Counted from the stretch's first letter, positions 9,952 through 18,906 are shown. The stretch is 64,000 nt of DNA from Pseudomonadota bacterium (GCA_041178425.1 JBEGVH010000009.1:1-64000); one strand, 5' to 3'. Notes: generated by a model not told the origin, from the letters alone. Made by a program: numbers and translations.

Positions 9952-10049
9952 CTCTAAACTTTAGACAGTTGATCTCATTTTGAGCGATTCGCTGTCTCAA
10001 AATGAGATCAATTCAAATATAGAGTGTTTTAAATTGGTACAGTTTATGC
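9952..10049 (+). promoter_or_regulatory. Three tandem palindromic boxes (GTCTCA-N3-TGAGAC-like) followed by a sigma54-type -24/-12 element
   Basis: Boxes at 9952-9966, 9972-9986 and 9994-10008; TGGTAC-AGTTT-ATGC (GG-N10-GC) at 10035-10049. Confidence 0.55.
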
Positions 10050-10082
10050 CCTATAGCTGTTTGAACAGTGATTGGAGCATTT

Positions 10083-10505
10083 ATGAAAAAATCATTTCTT
10101 ACTAAATTAGCCTTCGGTTTTTTAATGGCAGCTTTCGCCGTGGGATGCGCGCAAGACTCATCAAAATCGTCTTCGTCTTCTCGTCGTGGCTATTGCGACC
10201 CGAATTCCTACAATTGCTCAAGCAACTACAGCTACGGCAATCAATACGGGAACAACTACAATACGGGCTGTGGTATGAACGCCGTCAGCACGAGCTATGG
10301 TTGCCTACCGCGTGGAAATTGCCCGGTTAACTATGGTTATAGTATGCAGACCAACCAGTGTATTCCCGCTCAAGGTGGTTACAATACTGGCTATAACAAT
10401 ACCGGATACAATAATTATAATAATGGTTATTACAATAACGGTTATAACAATGGCTACAATAACTATAATAATGGTTATTACAACAACGGGTACTACGGCT
10501 ACTAA
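10083..10505 (+). CDS. Small lipoprotein with Cys-containing core and Asn/Tyr/Gly low-complexity tail
   Basis: GGAG before ATG 10083; signal peptide ending FAVGC; repeated NNGY/YNN units. Confidence 0.8.
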   Translation: MKKSFLTKLAFGFLMAAFAVGCAQDSSKSSSSSRRGYCDPNSYNCSSNYSYGNQYGNNYNTGCGMNAVSTSYGCLPRGNCPVNYGYSMQTNQCIPAQGGYNTGYNNTGYNNYNNGYYNNGYNNGYNNYNNGYYNNGYYGY

Positions 10506-10596
10506 AGACGAGGTCGCACTCGCTTAGCCCCCTCTAATCCAATGTTGACCCGAATCTCACTCGCTATTAGGACTGAACCTTCGGAGGATTGTAACT

Positions 10597-10935
10597 ATGA
10601 GCACTGAATTGAAAATTACCGATACTGTTGTTGGAACCGGCAAAGAAACGACTAAAGGCGCCTTGATTAGCTGTCACTACGAAGGCTTCTTGGAAGAAGG
10701 AACCAAGTTTGATTCTTCTCTTGATCGTGGCCAACCCATTCAGTTTGTTATTGGCACTGGCCGAGTCATCAAGGGCTGGGACCAAGGCCTTATGGGCATG
10801 AAAGAGGGCGGTAAACGAACTTTATTTATCCCCTCGGAGCTAGCTTATGGTGATCGCCAAGTTGGCCCAATCATCAAGCCCAACTCCAATTTAATCTTTC
10901 ACGTGCAACTCGTAGAAGTGCGTCCGCGAGATTAA
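10597..10935 (+). CDS. FKBP-type peptidyl-prolyl cis-trans isomerase
   Basis: HYEG, KFDSS, VIKGWDQGLMGMKEGGKRTLFIPSELAYG. Confidence 0.95.
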   Translation: MSTELKITDTVVGTGKETTKGALISCHYEGFLEEGTKFDSSLDRGQPIQFVIGTGRVIKGWDQGLMGMKEGGKRTLFIPSELAYGDRQVGPIIKPNSNLIFHVQLVEVRPRD

Positions 10936-10946
10936 CGGCACCAAGT

Positions 10947-10978
10947 TCATTTTGACCTCCATCGGTAACGGTGGGGGT
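10947..10978. repeat. 32-bp direct repeat, copy 1
   Basis: TCATTTTGACCTCCATCGGTAACGGTGGGGGT, identical to 11378-11409. Confidence 0.95.
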
Positions 10979-11267
10979 TCGGGCTTCATTACAAATGTTA
11001 TCATCAGAAGCAGTTGCTGTTCCCCCGGACAAAAATTAGTTCGATGGGTGATAACTACTTTTTTACCAGAGAGGCGGCCAAGCCAACCGCCCCGCGCTCC
11101 TTGAATACGACTCCCCACCCGGGGTGAGTCGCCCTCTTCCTTGGTCGGGGACGGACATCGTCTAAACTGTTACAAGCAAAACTAAGTTTCCTCTTCGAGC
11201 TCTTCCGAAAACGTGCCACACCGAGAAACGTACCATTTTAAGAGTTCGAAGACCTAAGAATCAAATC

Positions 11268-11381
11268 TTATTCCTCAAAAAAGCGCCGAAGGACTTCACA
11301 CACCAGTAAAACCAGTCGTAAAATCGCTAAAGCTCTTCGTACAAAACGCCGAAACTTAAATGGTTGGTTTAAGTTTGTCAT
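11268..11381 (-). CDS. 37-aa cationic hydrophobic peptide, candidate type I toxin
   Basis: GGAGG-5 nt-ATG; MTNLNQPFKFRRFVRRALAILRLVLLVCEVLRRFFEE. Confidence 0.5.
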   Translation of the reverse strand: MTNLNQPFKFRRFVRRALAILRLVLLVCEVLRRFFEE

Positions 11382-11420
11382 TTTGACCTCCATCGGTAAC
11401 GGTGGGGGTCTTTTTCTTTG
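11331..11420 (+). ncRNA. Candidate cis-antisense RNA covering the peptide's SD and start codon; boundaries approximate
   Basis: TTCACA-18-TAAAAT at 11295-11324; terminator GACCTCCATCG-gtaa-CGGTGGGGGTC-TTTTTCTTT, whose G.U pairs form only on the + strand. Confidence 0.4.
11378..11409. repeat. 32-bp direct repeat, copy 2
   Basis: Identical to 10947-10978. Confidence 0.95.
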
Positions 11421-11520
11421 GTGATACTCGCTTACGCTTGCAACCCCAAGCCAGGGCAGTTGGTTTGGCCAAGACCATCCTTTTGCAAACGAAGCCAATC
11501 TGTGGAATGAAATTAAATTG

Positions 11521-11549
11521 AAAATGGGAGTCCGAGGGATCCGACTCCC
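11521..11549 (-). terminator. Probable ilvA terminator
   Basis: GGGAGTC..GACTCCC hairpin followed by ATTTT on the minus strand, just after the ilvA stop. Confidence 0.55.
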
Positions 11550-11566
11550 GATCACTATGGCCGGCT

Positions 11567-12778
11567 TTAAATCAACCGAATGCCTTCAATGGATTTTAGA
11601 GCTTCACGTACACGCTCGGCGTGTTCGAGACTGGTTGTTTCAAGGAGAAAATCAATTCGTGCCTCACGCAATTGAAGACCTCGCTCAACGCGATCATGGT
11701 GAACTTGTAAGATGTTCGCTTTTTCCATTGCGATGGCCGTTGTCATCTGGCCGAGCAAGCCTGGTATATCTGGCACGACGACAGAAATTTCCGTGAGGCG
11801 ACCTTTTCTGATTAACCCCTGGTCAATAATTTTACCCACAAGATTCAAATCAATGTTGCCACCGCTTAAAACAATACAGGTCTTTTTACCGAGCGGAATT
11901 TTACCCTGCATCGCTGCGGCAAAAGAGGCAGCACCACTGCCCTCCACCACCGCTTTAGCTCTCTCGATTAAAAAGAAAATCGCTTCGGCAATTTGATCAT
12001 CCGTCACCGTCACAATATCATCGACATATTTTTTAATAAAAGAATCGTGCATGATTTGGCTGGCTTTTTTGACGGCGATACCATCAGCAATCGTTACTCG
12101 ACGACGAGGAGGTGGCTCAATCACTGGCTGGCCATGAAACATCTGCGACATCGTTTGAACAAGTTCGGACTGCACTCCAAAAATTTTAATATCGGGTTTA
12201 AGAATTTTCAGAGCAACAGCGATACCACTAATCAATCCTCCACCACCAATCGGCACAATGACTGAGTCGAGATCAGGAAGTTTTTCGAAAATCTCGATAC
12301 CGATCGTCCCCTGCCCTGCAATAATCTGCTCGTCTTGATAAGGATGAATAAAAACTCTTTTTTCCTCGGCTTCAATAAGCTTGGCTCTCTCGAAAGCATC
12401 ATCGTAGATTGTTCCATGAAGAAGAACCTCAGCACCATAGCCACGAGTGGCATCCATTTTAATTAATGGCGCCGTTTCGGGCATTACAATCTTAGACGAT
12501 ACACCCATTTTGGTCGCACTGTAGGCCACACCTTGGGCATGATTACCCGCAGAGCTTGCCACCACGCCTCGGGCTCGCTCTTCAGGAGTTAGTGATGAAA
12601 TTTTACTGAGAGCCCCACGAATTTTAAAGCTTCCGGTGAGCTGTTCGTTTTCCATTTTAAAGAAAACTTCAGTGCCAAGCAGCTTGCTCGCACTGAAGCT
12701 TTTGTCGATCGCCGTCTCTTTAATGATCCCCTTGAGACGTTCTCGCGATTTTTGAATATCGGCAATTTTCACTTGCAT
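11567..12778 (-). CDS. ilvA: Threonine ammonia-lyase with C-terminal ACT domain
   Basis: TGSFKIRGA, SAGNHAQGVA, PIGGGGLISG, LSGGNID and an ACT domain. Confidence 0.92.
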   Translation of the reverse strand: MQVKIADIQKSRERLKGIIKETAIDKSFSASKLLGTEVFFKMENEQLTGSFKIRGALSKISSLTPEERARGVVASSAGNHAQGVAYSATKMGVSSKIVMPETAPLIKMDATRGYGAEVLLHGTIYDDAFERAKLIEAEEKRVFIHPYQDEQIIAGQGTIGIEIFEKLPDLDSVIVPIGGGGLISGIAVALKILKPDIKIFGVQSELVQTMSQMFHGQPVIEPPPRRRVTIADGIAVKKASQIMHDSFIKKYVDDIVTVTDDQIAEAIFFLIERAKAVVEGSGAASFAAAMQGKIPLGKKTCIVLSGGNIDLNLVGKIIDQGLIRKGRLTEISVVVPDIPGLLGQMTTAIAMEKANILQVHHDRVERGLQLREARIDFLLETTSLEHAERVREALKSIEGIRLI

Positions 12779-12789
12779 GGTCTGCTACC

Positions 12790-13053
12790 TCAACAATTAG
12801 AAAGTGGAATTTTGTTCTCACCCTCCCAGTAAAGGCCTACACCGATAAGAGGGAGATACGTCGTGCTCTCGTCGCCTACAAGAACATGTTCCTCCACTCC
12901 ATCACCAAAGCCTATGATTTGCCGCTCGTCAAAGTAATAAAAAGGTGCGATATGCTTTCCGCAATGCACACACTGATCAATACTGTGACTCTCTTTTTCT
13001 ATCGTCGCCCCACAAACATGACACCGCCGTAGATAACTTCCACCGTGGCTCAT
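12790..13053 (-). CDS. Small zinc-ribbon hypothetical protein
   Basis: CHVC...CVHC; AAGGA upstream; 11 bp from the ilvA start. Confidence 0.7.
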   Translation of the reverse strand: MSHGGSYLRRCHVCGATIEKESHSIDQCVHCGKHIAPFYYFDERQIIGFGDGVEEHVLVGDESTTYLPLIGVGLYWEGENKIPLSNC

Positions 13054-13207
13054 GTGAATGTCCTTTCCTATCCCAAAGTATAGCGAACATTTCGATTCCT
13101 TACCCCGTGATTTTTCACAAATAAAAATTACCGAAGAAGTCTTTATGGTTAATCCTTTGCGTCAAGCAGAGTCGCAGATTGAGACAAAGGGATTGATGGG
13201 TGTGCCT

Positions 13208-13349
13208 TTGCGAGTGAGGGTAGAGCTTCTGTTCCTTGCGACCGTTAAAGTTCAAACAATCGGTGCTCGTCGAGGAACGAGGTTCCTCCACTACGCTCCG
13301 AACTCACTGTTCCGCTCGCAAGGAACACAAGCTCTACCCTACTTGCGAA
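13208..13349. repeat. Long imperfect stem-loop element (possible ncRNA or REP/MITE-like element)
   Basis: AGGGTAGAGCTTcTGTTCCTTGCGA pairs with TCGCAAGGAACAcAAGCTCTACCCT; inner GAGGAAC-gag-GTTCCTC hairpin. Confidence 0.8.
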
Positions 13350-13618
13350 ACGACATTGACCCAATCGGAGAAGAGACGAATGTCTCGTCGCCATAGCAAT
13401 GTCGAACAAAATGAATAAACTTTTGGCGCCTATTTTTATTTTTGTGTCTGAGGTTTTTACGTTTTTTCTGAGAAGGCGATAAAAAAATATTTGCTTGTTT
13501 CATCCGGAGAGTGCCACTTGAATCTCACCAAAAGTCTAGTGCTATACTTAAAAAAGCGGCACGTCTCCTCGAATCTAAAACGTCGATTCTCGATCTTTGA
13601 TCGAAGGAGATGATAACC

Positions 13619-13867
13619 ATGAAAGAAACTAAGTTAATCCTGATCTTCATCACCCTCTTTTTGCTCTTTCTGGGCGGAGAAAAGGCTTTTGCAGAAAAAA
13701 AGAAAATCCAAGAAATCAATTTTAGTGAAATGGATGTGCAGGGCTCAGCACGCACACCCGATGGAACCTACCTTGTTCAACGAAGAGGCCTTCGATTCTT
13801 GCCTCTCTACGACGTTAAGCGAGATCTCGATCAAAAAATCAGAAAATCAACTAGCTATTTAAAGTAA
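13619..13867 (+). CDS. GltF/CglF-like small exported gliding-motility protein
   Basis: Signal peptide, then INFSEMDVQGSARTPDGTYLVQR, resembling the CglF family pattern from memory; first gene of the cluster. AAGGAG spacing favours ATG 13619. Confidence 0.6.
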   Translation: MKETKLILIFITLFLLFLGGEKAFAEKKKIQEINFSEMDVQGSARTPDGTYLVQRRGLRFLPLYDVKRDLDQKIRKSTSYLK

Positions 13868-13882
13868 ACATCAGAGGCACAT

Positions 13883-15316
13883 ATGTATCTAATCGTTGAG
13901 CACCGCAAAGATAAGTTTAGGAAAACATGGAAACTCGAAGCTCTTAAGAAACCAATGAGTGTTGGCCACTCTCGCCACGCTGACATTCGCCTTGATAAAT
14001 CACAATCTGGCATCACTGGAATGTTTGAGTACAGGCAAGGTCAATGGATATACAGCAATCTCAAAACCCCAAAAGACTTAAACCAAAGTAGGAATATCGC
14101 CATCAAAGGATCCACAATTATTCCTCTCTCAGAGGGCGAACTTCATGTGTCGCTTCTCGATCGCCAAATTGAACTCTTTAAATCACACGATAGCACTTCT
14201 GTTTCCACAAACAAAACCCAGCTCTGGCTTTTATGGAAACGCAACAACAAGGTTTGGTTTAGCGAATACGTTTCTACCTCTGCAAAAGTGTATTGGCCCC
14301 ACAACCAAAAACCTATCGCCCTCACCCCTTCGAACAATTGGCAATCCATCGAAGAGGAAGGTCTCACTCTATCCTACAAATTGGCCAATACTCCCGACTC
14401 GAAAGGACTCTTTGGAGGTAGTTTAAAAGAACTTCTCGATCCCACACTGCGGCCATTTATTGCGGCCGCTTTACTGGGAAGCCTCTTAACCGGCCACCTG
14501 ACCCTCACGGGCACAAAAACCCCCGAACCCGTCGCTCCTGTTGCGAAAAAACCTGTCGTGACCTCTAGCACTGTCGTGAGGCTCGAAAAAAAGCCGATTC
14601 AAGAACCTCTGCCAGAGGCTCCCAAGGCGCCCGTAGCTAAAGCCTTAGAAGCCGCTGTGGCCCCCAAGGTGGCTCTCTCTGCTAAAGCAAAGGCACAACG
14701 CACTCTAGGAAAAGTATTTTCGCAAATCGGAAAACAATCGCTTAAAACGATTGCCATGGGTGAGGGGCCAAAAACTATTCAAATCACAAACACCAGCGTT
14801 CCTGATATAGTGCCCAGTAATGCGAAAACCTTGAAGGTACTTGGTAGTTTGGGGTCGGGAACGGGACTACAGCCAAGCCAGTTTAATAAAGGTGCCACCA
14901 AAGAGGGTGGCGTAGGCAATGGCAGCGCCTCCATCGGCGGTAAAGACCTCGGACAAATTGCCCAAGGCAATGTGGGTCAAGGAAACATTGGGCTTTTGCA
15001 TAAAGAGAGCGAAGTCAGTGGCGGACTCGATCGCGATGTGATTGCCAAATACATCAATAGCCAGAAAGGCAAAATTCTCTTCTGCTATGAAAGACAGTTG
15101 AGCGCCAATCCAGGACTCTTCGGCAAAGTGTCTGTGAAATTTCAGATCACGGGCAACGGCCGTGTCGAAGCACAAAATATAACTGAAAGCACTCTTTCCA
15201 ACCAGAACGTTGAATCCTGCCTCCTTCAGTTAATGGCCAACTGGCAATTTCCCGAACCCAAAGGGGGCGTGCGCGTGCTCGTTAGCTACCCTTTCGTGTT
15301 CAAGAGTCTTAACTAA
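13883..15316 (+). CDS. GltG/PglI-like protein: degenerate FHA, TM helix, AgmX/PglI TonB-C-like C-terminal domain
   Basis: VGHSRHADIRL; TM helix with His (SLLTGH); Pro/Gly-rich linker; GGLDRDVI...FCYERQL...GKVSVKFQI...WQFPEPKGG...VSYPFVF. Confidence 0.8.
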   Translation: MYLIVEHRKDKFRKTWKLEALKKPMSVGHSRHADIRLDKSQSGITGMFEYRQGQWIYSNLKTPKDLNQSRNIAIKGSTIIPLSEGELHVSLLDRQIELFKSHDSTSVSTNKTQLWLLWKRNNKVWFSEYVSTSAKVYWPHNQKPIALTPSNNWQSIEEEGLTLSYKLANTPDSKGLFGGSLKELLDPTLRPFIAAALLGSLLTGHLTLTGTKTPEPVAPVAKKPVVTSSTVVRLEKKPIQEPLPEAPKAPVAKALEAAVAPKVALSAKAKAQRTLGKVFSQIGKQSLKTIAMGEGPKTIQITNTSVPDIVPSNAKTLKVLGSLGSGTGLQPSQFNKGATKEGGVGNGSASIGGKDLGQIAQGNVGQGNIGLLHKESEVSGGLDRDVIAKYINSQKGKILFCYERQLSANPGLFGKVSVKFQITGNGRVEAQNITESTLSNQNVESCLLQLMANWQFPEPKGGVRVLVSYPFVFKSLN

Positions 15317-15337
15317 ACAGCAATTAGGGAGTTCAAC

Positions 15338-16117
15338 ATGAAAACAGTAACGGTAGAAGAACGATCAAACCTTTTAAAAAAATCAATTCTTTGGTGTTTA
15401 ATGATTTATTTGCTGTCGTATAGCATGAGCGCTGGCGCTGCCGAAGAAGCATCCGACAAACTTGACATCACAAACCTTGAACAAAAATATTGGTCAGCCA
15501 AAGATGACGACTATACTGTCGTGCAAAATAGAACCTTTACCAAAAATCGTCGTTTTTTTATTAACTTCAGCACCGGACGACTTATTAACGACGGTTTTCT
15601 GGAGGGCGAACCGAACTCAGTTGCGCTAGGCTACTTTTTCAATGAGAAAAATGGATTTAGTATCGACTACTCGCTTTTCAAAACAAAAGATAACCAGGTC
15701 ACGCAAAAAAGTAAGGAACAACTTGGCATGACTCCCTCTTATAATAGCCCAGTCAATGCCACCTCTATCGCCTATATTTGGTCGCCTATCTATGCAAAGG
15801 TGAGTCTTCTCGAAAAACGAATTCTTTATCTGGATCTCTCCATCGCTCTCCGAGCAGGACTCTCAAATTATAAAATGATGACGGATCTTGGCGGTGAAAT
15901 AAAACAAACTAGTTTTTATGGAGTTGATGTCAGTCAACTGTGGTTTCTCAATAAGCGCTTTGCCTTTCGATTTGATATTCGAAACAACTGGTCGAGTCAG
16001 GAACAACTCAAATATCATATCGCTGCGAATGCCGATGAAAGCACGCGACCCATCGGCGCTACCAGACTTCAAGACACCACTTGGCTCTTTGGCCTTAACA
16101 TCTTTTTTGGGCGATAA
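15338..16117 (+). CDS. Outer-membrane beta-barrel protein (GltA/B/H-like)
   Basis: VVQNRTFTK, WSPIYAKVSL, RFDIRN; aromatic C-terminus FGLNIFF. Confidence 0.75.
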   Translation: MKTVTVEERSNLLKKSILWCLMIYLLSYSMSAGAAEEASDKLDITNLEQKYWSAKDDDYTVVQNRTFTKNRRFFINFSTGRLINDGFLEGEPNSVALGYFFNEKNGFSIDYSLFKTKDNQVTQKSKEQLGMTPSYNSPVNATSIAYIWSPIYAKVSLLEKRILYLDLSIALRAGLSNYKMMTDLGGEIKQTSFYGVDVSQLWFLNKRFAFRFDIRNNWSSQEQLKYHIAANADESTRPIGATRLQDTTWLFGLNIFFGR

Positions 16118-16131
16118 GGAGAGACGAATTT

Positions 16132-18228
16132 ATGGAATCTATCAGCAGAAAAACGTCGACACTCATTGCCTCCATCGTCTTGGCGAACACCATGCTGGCA
16201 GGTGCAGCTTCAGCACAAAGGCCTAACAACTACATCACCCTTGGCCAAAAGAGAATCCCCCTAAAAACGGTCTCTCCAATAACTGTACCAACAGTTAATC
16301 ACTTGAAAAACAAGGACTCCTATCAACTTCCCGTTGATCTCGTACTCACGCTTCCAAAGCTCATGGCGGATCCATCACCGATGAGTCCGAAAATTACCCC
16401 TGTCGTTGTGCCAGTAAGACTTCCTCCTCTTGTGCGTTTTTCTATTAAACCAACCTGGGCCAAGAGCGAAAACACCTTGGCCCAAGAATCGACACCCTCG
16501 ACTCTTAAAACAGTAGTTGAGCCACAGACGATTCCGGTAGAATCATTTAGTGAAGGTGAATTCAAGATTCTCGAGGCTCTGCTCTTGCTAAAATCGGAGA
16601 ATACGACACCACTCTCAATAGGATTAGCCAACCCTCTGCTCCAAATGAGCGCGACAAAAGCAGCTGGCGATGAAATTATTGCTCGAAGTCTCCTTCGTTT
16701 GAAGATTCGCACGGCAGCAACGGAACACCTCAATGATCTTGCCCGCTCCGAATCCAATCCTTCGAAAAGTCAGTTGGGAGCCAAATTGATTCTCTCGAAT
16801 CTCAAAACCACCGACTACGAAGAGGCCGATTTTCTCCTGCCAATCCTCGAAAAGCTTAAAGTCCCCGAACCAGAATGGGGAAACCTGCCAATTGCCATTG
16901 CGAGAGAATCCTTACACGCTCGGAACCTCGAAAAAGCATGGCAAATTCTCTCTCGAGTTCCAACACAGAACTCCCAGAGTTATGAGGCTCGCTTTTTGCG
17001 ATCGATGATCCAATATCGTTCGAATCAGGTCCTCGAAGCCCAAAAAGGCCTCGAAACCCTCTTGCGAGATTTCGACAAGGCACCCAAGGATTTGAGATCT
17101 TTGATCGCCTCAACGCTCGCCCAAATCTACTTTCAAAAAGGAGATTACAAAAAAGCTTATGCCACGTATCGAAAGGTCAACCAAGACCACCCTCTTTGGA
17201 TGCAGACTCTGGTTGAGACGGCTTGGAGCCAAATTCTAAACAAAGACTTCGAAGGTGCTGCGGGCAATATGTTCTCGCTTCATACCAATTATTTTAAAGG
17301 AGCTTACAACCCTGAATCTTATATTGTTAGAACCGTTGGATATTTACAATTATGCCAATACGGCGACGCCCTTTCGGTCCTTCAGGATTTTTTAAAAAAA
17401 TACAAATTTGCGCAAAAGCAATTAGCTAGTTATAAAAAAAATAAACCCAACCACCTTGAGACTGTTAGAGACTTCTTAAAGGCAGGTATGCCAAACAAGT
17501 TCGCTGGCCTGCCTCGCTCCTTACTTGTGGAGATTGCTCGAGACCCGCAATTTATTGAGCTACAAAAAAAGCTCAACGAAATCGAAGAAGATTCCTCAAA
17601 GCTTTCAAAACTCTCGAATCGCCTTATAGAGCTCGATAAAGAGTTTATTTTGGAGCAAGGGCAAATCAATCTCGCTTTCAAAGATTTAGACAATGAAATA
17701 AAAAAAGCGGCTAGCCCCGAGAAGAGGGCCTCCTTGGTGGCTGATCGATTAAAAAAAGAAAAACAATTGCAACGACTCTCCGTTCTTCGCCGAATCATTA
17801 TCGATGCCAAACAAGGAGTTGCCAATGAGAACGAACGGTTTGCAAACTTTTGGATTAGTCAAAAAGGCAATCTTAAACTCAAGCAAGCCGATGTGATATC
17901 TTCGAGTTTTCAAAGTATCGAAGCGGATCTCGCTCACTGGCTCGATCAAAGCGAACTTCTCTTTTACGAAATTCACAACGGTGCGGGCGAACATTTGCGC
18001 TACCAAATGGCCAGTACCGATGAATCCAAGGCTCTTGGAAAAAAACCAGGCGTTTTTAAAAAAGGTGAAAAGCACCAACTCTGGGCCTTTGATGGAGAAA
18101 TCTGGGAGGACGAAGTGGGGCATTACCGCTCATCACTCAAAAATGTCTGCCCAGCAGAAGAGACCAAGACGACTAACAACCAAGATACCAAACACCAAGC
18201 AACCATCGCACTTGCCAATGAAAATTAA
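16132..18228 (+). CDS. Exported TPR protein (GltC-like)
   Basis: TPR helices, ETAWS, YLQLCQYGDA, C-terminal WAFDGEIWEDEVGHYRSSLKNVC. Confidence 0.7.
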   Translation: MESISRKTSTLIASIVLANTMLAGAASAQRPNNYITLGQKRIPLKTVSPITVPTVNHLKNKDSYQLPVDLVLTLPKLMADPSPMSPKITPVVVPVRLPPLVRFSIKPTWAKSENTLAQESTPSTLKTVVEPQTIPVESFSEGEFKILEALLLLKSENTTPLSIGLANPLLQMSATKAAGDEIIARSLLRLKIRTAATEHLNDLARSESNPSKSQLGAKLILSNLKTTDYEEADFLLPILEKLKVPEPEWGNLPIAIARESLHARNLEKAWQILSRVPTQNSQSYEARFLRSMIQYRSNQVLEAQKGLETLLRDFDKAPKDLRSLIASTLAQIYFQKGDYKKAYATYRKVNQDHPLWMQTLVETAWSQILNKDFEGAAGNMFSLHTNYFKGAYNPESYIVRTVGYLQLCQYGDALSVLQDFLKKYKFAQKQLASYKKNKPNHLETVRDFLKAGMPNKFAGLPRSLLVEIARDPQFIELQKKLNEIEEDSSKLSKLSNRLIELDKEFILEQGQINLAFKDLDNEIKKAASPEKRASLVADRLKKEKQLQRLSVLRRIIIDAKQGVANENERFANFWISQKGNLKLKQADVISSSFQSIEADLAHWLDQSELLFYEIHNGAGEHLRYQMASTDESKALGKKPGVFKKGEKHQLWAFDGEIWEDEVGHYRSSLKNVCPAEETKTTNNQDTKHQATIALANEN

Positions 18229-18255
18229 TTGAATAGGAATAATAAAGGAGATTTT

Positions 18256-18906
18256 ATGAAAACATTAAAAACTATCATTTTTGGGGGAATCGTTGCTTCT
18301 AGCGTTTTTCTACAGGCAGGAGAACTCACTCCCGATGAAGGCCTCCAACGCCTTTCCCAAAATGTGGAGACCTGTACTAAAAATCGAGACGAAATCAACC
18401 GTGCCATTGCACAAATCAATGAAAACGTCACCACCCTTGAATCAGCAAATCTCGATCTACAGAACAAAAAGAAGAGGCTTCATCAACAAATCGATGAAAA
18501 CAAAAATACGCTAGCCCTTCACAACAAGAAACTGCAAGACCTCGAACGAAACCGCATCGAGGAAGATAAAAAACTGAAAGACGACGCGGCCAAAATGGTT
18601 CAGCTAGAGAAGACCCTGGCCCAATTAAAAGAAATTTACAAAATGAGAAACGACCGTGTTCTCAAGCTAGAATCGGATCGCAATAGTATCATTGAATCCC
18701 AAAAACAGGGAGAAGGTCTGCAGGTAACGCTAGACAATGAAATCAAAAATATTGACCAACGTATCGAAAGTCTGACGAAAGAGGTCGCTCCCTGGAAAGA
18801 ACGGCAAAAATCCTATCAAAAGGAGGCCTCTCGATGGAACGGGGAACTCGAACGGCACCAAAAAATGGAAGCCGAAGTAAAGCTTCTTCTCGACTCCACA
18901 ACATAA
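18256..18906 (+). CDS. Exported coiled-coil protein
   Basis: AAGGAG then ATG 18256; signal peptide; continuous heptads. Confidence 0.75.
   Translation: MKTLKTIIFGGIVASSVFLQAGELTPDEGLQRLSQNVETCTKNRDEINRAIAQINENVTTLESANLDLQNKKKRLHQQIDENKNTLALHNKKLQDLERNRIEEDKKLKDDAAKMVQLEKTLAQLKEIYKMRNDRVLKLESDRNSIIESQKQGEGLQVTLDNEIKNIDQRIESLTKEVAPWKERQKSYQKEASRWNGELERHQKMEAEVKLLLDSTT

Noticed and set aside
9934..9952. Poly-C tracts as a phase-variation switch
   Set aside because: They are short (C9 and C6), intergenic and not placed between recognisable promoter boxes; there is no evidence of variation.
10947..11409. CRISPR array from the 32-bp repeats
   Set aside because: There are only two copies about 400 bp apart and no cas genes.
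10891..11555. ORF-track 75-aa and 95-aa minus ORFs sharing PPPLPMEVKM
   Set aside because: The shared peptide is just the translation of the 32-bp cassette; the SD points to the internal ATGs at 10950 and 11381.
13058..13418. 112-aa and 60-aa plus-strand ORFs
   Set aside because: They have no RBS or recognisable domain and overlap the divergent promoter region and the long stem-loop.
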